Assembly (NCBI RefSeq): GCF_009914755.1
Contig: NC_060937.1
DNA: 64,000 nt
Strand: one strand, 5' to 3'
Origin: the human T2T-CHM13v2.0 reference genome, Homo sapiens
Shown: positions 56,067-64,000 of the stretch, piece after piece
How positions within the stretch are numbered: position 1 is the first letter of the stretch
Layout of the letters: each line of letters begins with the position of its first letter
The notes under the pieces: generated by a model
Databases searched by the model: none
What the model was told of the DNA's origin: nothing
Seen by the model: the letters and a program-made list of their open reading frames with translations, nothing else
Program-made: the position numbers and the translations under genes

Positions 56067-57696
56067 CAGATCCATCATATGGTTAAAAAAAGAACTCTAA
56101 GATGAAAAGAAAAAAAGATGAAGTCTGACTTTCAAATGCAAGATATAAACATACCAGATATCAAAAGAGATAATAAAAGGTGCAAAGGAGAAAACACAAG
56201 AAAGAAAATACAACTAAAGAAATATCAGAAGCGTAACAGTATGAACATGGTATTAGAATGTTGTCACATGAATAAAAAACTTAATCTTGAGGGTTCAAAG
56301 ATTGGATTTAACAACTCACTACATTGAGAAATTCATCAGTGAATACACAATATACAAGCCCTTCAACATCTTAACGTGTATTGTACTGTGATCAAAAATC
56401 TGTCCTTGAGTAGTAATTTTTTTCATATCACTATCAGGATAACTTTATTTTTAAATCTTTTTTTCTTATAATTTGTGATGCTTTTTGCATTGTATAGAAT
56501 AATTCCAAGTAGGCATGAACTCAGTTTGTGAAGGGTATGACTTGCCTTAAAAAATAAGATAGAGAAAGCATCAGAGTATAGCATATTATGTATGTATGTG
56601 TGTATGTATATATAAAGTATATTATATGTACTTAACATATGCTATTACATAGACACTATTCCATCATATATTATATTTATATCTTTGGGTTATAATAAAA
56701 ATTCTGACTATGGATCATGGCCAAATATTTGAAAGATACTGCTAAAAGACTGATTTTGATTTAGTATCAGGGTTGAAACCTTTTCCATACAGTTTTATTT
56801 ACTGGTCTTAAGTCATGTAAGCAATGTGTTCTTATTTTTTACTTAGGTAAGATGCTACATTGGCATTGTACTTCTTCACGCTATAAATGAAAGAATGCAT
56901 GAAGTAGTTGAAATAGTTCTACTGAAAATAATATTGAGGCAAAATTAGCTACCCAATGAGCAAAAAGGATTTTGTGGCTTAATCAGCTCTAAGCTTCAAA
57001 CAACCAATCACTCTATAAGACAACTTTGAAGGAGGAAAGGGCTGGGGACTGCCTATATAAAATTTTATTCAATATAATTTTTTCAGAAATAAAAGTTTTA
57101 AATGAGATATTCATATTAACAGATTAAATCACAAATAATTATGTATAATATGCTCTGAAACATTATTATTAATATTTCAGGTAAGAGGTATCCTAAAAAC
57201 TCTATATTCATCAATATGGTATACAACTATTTCAATTCCTCATTCTTTTACAATCTAAACTCATATATTTCTAACTTAATGAGTGTTATTTTTAAAATGT
57301 GGTTTCAGTAATACCAAACACAGAACGTACTTGAGTCTTTCAAAACTATACACAAAATTTAAAAATGTATTCTTTCATGCATTTATTCAATCAATACATA
57401 TTGAGGGGCTTCACTGTATGTGTCTAGCACTCTTTAGATGGATACTTTCTTATCCCTCCTTTGAGTCCCCGTAACAGGTAGCAAAATGTAAAGAACAAAC
57501 TCACAAAAAAAACAGGTGTAACTTGGACACTTGGGGACTAATTAATATAAACAAGTCATTTAAACAAACTTTCAGCATCACCCTTTATATAAAGAGGGTA
57601 GAACAAATGGACTCTCAGCACTTGGCATTTCTAAAATTTTATCAGTCATTGCAGCCAGTATATAGATGTCTGCTAATTTAATCCAGTTATAATTAC

Positions 57697-57841
57697 CTTC
57701 ATATTGGGAACATGTACCACATCCCCATACTGGTCTTTTGTTTGAACAGTTATGGTGGTAGGCCAACCACAACGAATATCATCCTTATTCAGGATCAAAG
57801 ATGTTTTCTGAGGATCCGCATATGAATCTGGCTGAAGCCAC
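57697..57841 (-). CDS. MYCBP2: MYCBP2 coding exon, 145 nt, (R)WLQPDSYADPQK...VHVPNMK; start of the filamin-type repeat
   Basis: ctgttag|G acceptor, AAG|gtaatt donor; ORF track 57673..57900 contains the peptide; phase 2 to 0. Confidence 0.97.
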
Positions 57842-58735
57842 CTAACAGTAATGAAAAACAAATAAACAAAACCCCAAACACTGATCAGCATCTTCAACAA
57901 TTAATATAAAATTAAGCCAAATGAACAAAACTTGTATCAAACAAAATGCTAAAACATTATCTTCATTTCCAACTCAGTGATAATCATGAGTGTCTCCCTC
58001 AGAAACTGTTAAGGACAAATTCATTTAAAAAACATGCCTAAGCACAGGAGATTTCTGATATTTAAATACAGTATAAAAATACTTTTTAAAACCAGGAAAC
58101 TTGAAATTTTAACTATGGCTAATTTAAAATCACCAAGAACACGAATGTAGGTTGTGCATAATTTGAAGTCCTGAGCAGGCTCATTCTCTCTGAAGGAGCT
58201 CCACCTTACTCTGCCATCCTGCAAGCCTGGAAAAAGCAGTGTCTCTGTAAAAGCAGGGGTAGAAATGGCCCTCTACTTGCCTGACAGCAGCCAGGTTCAA
58301 GGTGTACTGCCCATCTTTTTTTCACAGTTTCTCAACTATCTTCCTCATTACCTTGCTTTCCACCTAAAATGCATCAATGTTGTGTAATTTGTGATGTTCA
58401 TTCCTGAATTCATTCTGTGATCTACACATTCAAGTTGTCCTGTGAGCTGAGTAATAAGTAATTCTACCATGCATTACATAAAAACGTCTGCATAGTATAG
58501 TAGTGAGGCTGACTTAAGTGATTTGACATTCCTCTCCAATCACTATTTTGTGATTTTTAAAAACTAAAGAGTAATCTCTGCAATTTTAAAATTAAAACCA
58601 GAAAAAAGTTGGGATTTTTTTTTTACTAGTAAAATCATGCAGGCCAGCATATTTTTTTCCCTTTTCATCCTAAAAACAAAAAGCAACAAAAATAATCAAT
58701 TAACAACTATAATAAATTTAATTTAATTAGTTAAT

Positions 58736-59162
58736 TTTTTTTTGAGATAGGGTCTTGCTCTGTTGCCCAAGCTGGTTGCAGTGGCACAATCACAGCAACC
58801 TCCGCCTCTAGGGTTTGAGCAATCCTCCCACCTCAGCCTCCAAGAAGCTGGGACTACAGGTGTGTGCCACCATGCTTGGCTAATTTTTGTATTTTTTGCA
58901 GAGACAGGGTTTCACCATGGATTGCACTGGCACAATCAAAGCAACCTCTGCCTCCAGGGTTTGAGCAATCCTTCCACCTCAGCCTCCAAGTAGCTGGGAC
59001 TACAGGAGTGTGCCACCATGCCTGGCTAATTTTTGTATTTTTTGTAGACACAGGATTTCACCATGTTGGCCAGACTTGTCTTCAACTCCTATGCTCTAGC
59101 AATCCACTTACCTCAGCCTCCTAAAGTGCTGGGATTACAGGCATGAGCCATTGCACCTGGTC
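58736..59162 (-). mobile_element. Alu (J-type) with internal 146-bp tandem duplication
   Basis: Right arm plus linker occurs twice (58776 and 58922). Confidence 0.9.
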
Positions 59163-59168
59163 TTATCA

Positions 59169-59426
<258 letters not shown>

Positions 59427-59575
59427 TTAACTATCATTTTATATTTCAGCAAGTTAAACATACATAAACCAGACTTTTTTAAAGTAGTATTTTAATATTC
59501 TAATGACTCCCCTCTTTCAGAAATGAAGAAAGATGAAAGCCCTAAAATAAAGTAAGTAACTTAAAGTACATTTAC

Positions 59576-59748
59576 CTTGCAAGCCTTCCACCACTTGATC
59601 CTGGGACACAGGCAATAAAATCATCCAGAAAAGACTGTTCATTGCTTTGGATTTGGAGTGGTAAATTTCCCTCAAGTGCTTCTAATATAGTTGGTGAATG
59701 AGAAAGAGCTAGACCCTTTCCAAGAATTCCAGAATGGGTTTTGCACAC
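59576..59748 (-). CDS. MYCBP2: MYCBP2 coding exon, 173 nt, VCKTHSGILGKG...PGSSGGRLA(R)
   Basis: ttaacag|GTG acceptor, AG|gtaaat donor; open frame; phase 0 to 2. Confidence 0.96.
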
Positions 59749-60091
59749 CTGTTAAGTAAAAAAGAATATTTATATATTCTTAAAAATAAAACTTTAATTA
59801 CATAAAATTTTTCAACATGCAGATACTTTCAGATAGGCCTTTACGGAGAAATCATTTTCTCCACGTACCCCACTGTTCCTTCTTTTAACCCACAGAATAG
59901 GAAATTCCTAGGAGAGAAAAATATGAGACAATATTTCCAGTCTCTTTCCTCCCTCAAAAATAAATGCCTTGTCAGAGATCTGCATGCTGGATAAAATGGT
60001 GTATCTCCTTCCATGCCAGTCCTCTATATGTTATGTCCTCATTTTTCAGGGCCAGAGCTCCCTTCTGTCAGCAACTGTGGATGTCTCCCCC

Positions 60092-60426
<335 letters not shown>

Positions 60427-60749
60427 TAAGGTGTGTCTGTTCTCTTGGGTGGGTGGGCACCAAGGTCTTGACTTGGGTAAAAAGTGGGTGGAAGCCTGAT
60501 TGTGGCAGCACACACATCTCATTAGCCTGCCTAAGCCTTACTAAAGTTAAGAAGAAGAGGCAGATAAAACAAATTTTAGGTTTCACCTATCTGACAAGCA
60601 AGTCTTATGTTTTTGGAGAGACTTGTTTTAAATGCTGGAACTCTGAAAACTTTTTACTGACTATAAAATAAATTCCAGTAAGATTTTTTCATAGAAAATA
60701 ATTACATTTCTAGTACTATCAAATTTGAAATTATACAGTTTCAAAAATA

Positions 60750-60975
60750 ATCATCTTTGGAATCAAATAGACTTAAATTCAAATCCTGGCTTTGGACAAA
60801 TTATTTGCTGTGTGCTCTTAAGCTAAAAAGTTACCATCCCTGAATCTGTAAAATGTATAAACTGGTCATCAAATAATCTCTCTTACACAGTTAAAAAATT
60901 CAAACTAAATAATGCATATAAAGTATATAATACATTGCCTAACAAATAGTAAGTGTTTAATACATGTTAGATTAT
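60750..60975 (+). mobile_element. MIR SINE
   Basis: ctttggaatcaaatagac...ttcaaatcctggct...atctgtaaaatg...atagtaagtgtttaatacatgttag. Confidence 0.72.
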
Positions 60976-61129
60976 CAGAATAACTACCTTACATGCCAAA
61001 AAGAGGCAATTTGGGACACCATTTTTTTTTTTCTTGAACAATAACATAATAAAGATCTCTCCATATCTGGTCTAGATGACACCTTATATACCATAATAAT
61101 CCCTGAAATTATAAACCATATATGAACTC

Positions 61130-61479
61130 TGATATGGTTTGGCTCTGTGTCCCCACCCAAATCTCAACTCGAATTATAAATCTCCACATGTTGGGGGAGT
61201 GACCTGGCGGGAGGTGACTGAATCATGGGGGCAGACTTCCCCCTTGCTGTTTTCCTTACAATATCTGGTTGTTTGATAAGTGTGTAGGCCTTTCCCCTTC
61301 TCTCTCTCCTGCTGCCATGTAAGACTTGCCTTGCTTCCCTTTTGCCTTCTGCCATGATTGTAAGTTTCCTGAGGCCTCCTCAGCCATGTAGGGAACTGTG
61401 AGTCAATTAAACCTCTTTTCTTTATAAATTACCCAGCCTCAGGTAGTTCTTTATAGCAGTGTGAAAATGGACTAATAGA
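61130..61479 (+). mobile_element. THE1D (ERVL-MaLR) solo LTR
   Basis: tgatatggtttggctctgtgtccccacccaaatctc start; gagtcaattaaacctc; exact 5-bp TSD aactc. Confidence 0.9.
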
Positions 61480-61704
61480 AACTCTTTGATAGTTCTCCTT
61501 CACCTAGAATGTTGCCTGACACATATTGTTTATTATATATCTGTTGAATTTATTTTTATTTTGAATCTTAAGGTACAAAGATTTAACTTTAAAAAAGGAA
61601 TACACATAAGATGCCAATGGCTTTTTAAAACTCAGACGTTTCTTAACATTATTGACAACACTACAGCTCCCTATGATCAGAAGACAGTGTTCAAAATCAC
61701 AAAC

Positions 61705-61887
<183 letters not shown>

Positions 61888-61899
61888 TTTTGTCACCAA

Positions 61900-62092
61900 A
61901 CTGCCAGCGAACAAATCCCAGTGCAGTTGCTCACTAGCTGTGTGATCGTGGGCGAACTGCCTAAATGCTCTATGCCTCATTTGTAAATGGAGATAAAACT
62001 TTTTAATTCATTGGGTTGCTGTGGGGAGTTAAAAATGCACAAAATGTTTAAAATAGTGCTTGACAAAGATGAAATAAATGTTTTCATTATTA
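61900..62092 (+). mobile_element. MIR SINE
   Basis: caaatcccag...cactagctgtgtga...ctctatgcctca tttgtaaatggagataa. Confidence 0.7.
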
Positions 62093-63545
62093 CCGCTTTG
62101 ATTAATTCACCTCAGGAAATAAGTAAAATGTAAAGCACTAGCCTTCACAATTACAAGGTCTGGGTACCAGCCTTTGTTTCCCTTCTGAGTCTTCAAGAAG
62201 TCACAAAACTTCTTTGAACTTCAGTTATTATAATTGTAAGATGCAAGACCTAATACTGATTTCGAAGTGTAATTATAAAAACAGAGAGATAATATTAAAG
62301 ATGCTGAAACCTATGAAGTGCTCTACAGATATTATTTAAATCACTATTACTAACTACATATACCTAGTATAGAAAATAAGTATGATCTAAATTGGTGTTT
62401 TCCAAATGTGGGCCCAAAGTTCTCTGATCCATGGCAGAATTAGAAAAACTAAGGCTATAACAGAGTCTTCCATTCTAAGACCTTTCCATCTGGGGCTATT
62501 AAAATGTCTTTTATTTTATAAGACATTGCTGATAAAAAGTAGTACATTTTTAAAGAGTGTTTTTACTTAATAAGTTCTCAGGAAAAATATTTTTGGAAAA
62601 TTTTACAAATCTATCACATCCTAGGGTCTGAGTAACACTGATCCAGTTGAGAGACTCTCAACTTTTCTTCTATCTTCACACCATTGCTAGATGCAAAATT
62701 TTCCCCATCACTGATGTTCTCAGTGTGTGGTATCCAATGGGGCTCACTTAGCAGTACATCAGAAACTCTGGTTTGGCCTAAGTAGGTATTACAATTTGAC
62801 AAATGCTGTCTACAGATTCTGATATTTCCATCCTATTACAGATTACTAGCTAGCTGAAGTCAGACTAATGAAGTAAGAAAACAATGTAGTCATCTCTAGG
62901 CAATTTTGAGAAATATTAGGTTGACGTAACAGATCCAAAGGGGGTATTGCACTGAAATATAGTACTCATGTATTTCCATTCAGTGCCAAATGTGCTAGTT
63001 AATGCCTAAACGAGCAAAAAAGGTAAAGCAAACAATAATAAAAACAACAAATGATGGCTCCCAATTGTCTACAGGCAACTAGCCCTAACCACTTAATATG
63101 ACATACTGGTTTGTCACAGACTGAGCTCACCAACTGTACCAACCTCACCTTTTGCTGCTTCTTATAACACAACTATACATCCTTTGTGAAATGTCTTTCC
63201 CCTTTCTCTAGCAGGCAAAAAAAGAAAAACAAATTCTTTCAAGATGCAATTTAAATGGCCACAGTTCTGCAAGCCATCCTCCGCACCCTTGGCACTTGAT
63301 TTGTTTTTTTCTCCCGAAGGATTTTTGTCTAACTCCAGAGTCAATTACCCACCAAATACATAGGGCTCACATGGGTTTCTCCCACCAAAGGGAGCAATGA
63401 TAAGTTATTTATCTCTATAATGCCAATGAATAAAGTGAAGTACTTAATGAATGAACCCAATGGTCAAGACAAATAGGCTGATCTGAGTGACAATACTTTT
63501 TAAATTAATGTACAAAGTTTATCCTTAAAACATTTGGGACAATAC

Positions 63546-63595
63546 CTGCAATGCAGCCTCCTCAAGAATTTCAAGGTCTTCTTCTAATTCATTAC
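63546..63595 (-). CDS. MYCBP2: MYCBP2 coding exon, 50 nt, (G)NELEEDLEILEEAALQ
   Basis: acaacag|GTAATG acceptor and CAG|gtatt donor; phase 1 to 0; joins in frame to the VCKTHSG exon; peptide matches the recalled MYCBP2 sequence. Confidence 0.95.
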
Positions 63596-64000
63596 CTGTT
63601 GTGTAAATAAAGAGTTTTACTAAAATATGTCAATATTTAGTTTAGTTTAATTTTCTAGTCCTTTGCATTCATTACACTTTTTTTAAAAAAATAATTCTGC
63701 TATTCCAGATTGAAAAGATTTGTGATTCTGGAAAAAATCCTAGTGGCATACAGTTTAATATATAAGATACTTCCAGTGGGAATATACTACAATTCTCAAG
63801 GCAATACTCAAGAAGCATCCATGGGTGATTTGCCAAAGATATATCCTACATTTATGAATATAAATGTATACTTTCTGAACTTAGTGTATTCGTTTTGTCT
63901 AAAAAAAGAGGGAACAAATTATTTCAGATCTGGGCCTTTATATTTTGGTTGCCTTACAGAAGAGCTATGACTTTAGTAAACAACAGGGACTCACAGAAAA

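Noticed and set aside
63100-63400. Non-repeat intronic stretch and 60-aa ORF; considered as snoRNA or extra exon
   Set aside because: No C/D or H/ACA box arrangement with terminal stems and no frame-compatible splice pair recognised

Overview
Primate (very likely human) genomic DNA, about 35-37% GC by eye, lying wholly inside the giant RCR-type E3 ubiquitin ligase gene MYCBP2 (PAM/PHR1; recalled locus 13q22), transcribed on the minus strand. I resolved 16 coding exons by hand from splice signals and reading-frame continuity. Thirteen form the reference-type path from ...GNELEEDLEIL (63595) to the large Ser-rich exon running off the left edge. Three more are in-frame cassette exons (75, 156 and 102 nt). 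The encoded segment holds a filamin-type Ig repeat with a GLEBS-like RAE1-binding motif in a loop, then two tandem SH3b-like repeats that share an intron position, then a Ser/Pro-rich disordered region. One intron is GC-AG. The introns hold many Alu/FLAM/FAM SINEs, solo LTRs (MER11, MER50, THE1D, MLT2), DNA transposon relics (MER1B, Tigger3a, Tigger4a, MER5), and L1/L2/L3/MIR fragments. I found no prokaryote-type novel system and no RNA gene. The most interesting signals are the hidden internal protein duplication and a dense cluster of alternative, poison and recursive-splicing candidates. Repeat family names and protein identity come from recalled consensus sequences, not from database searches.
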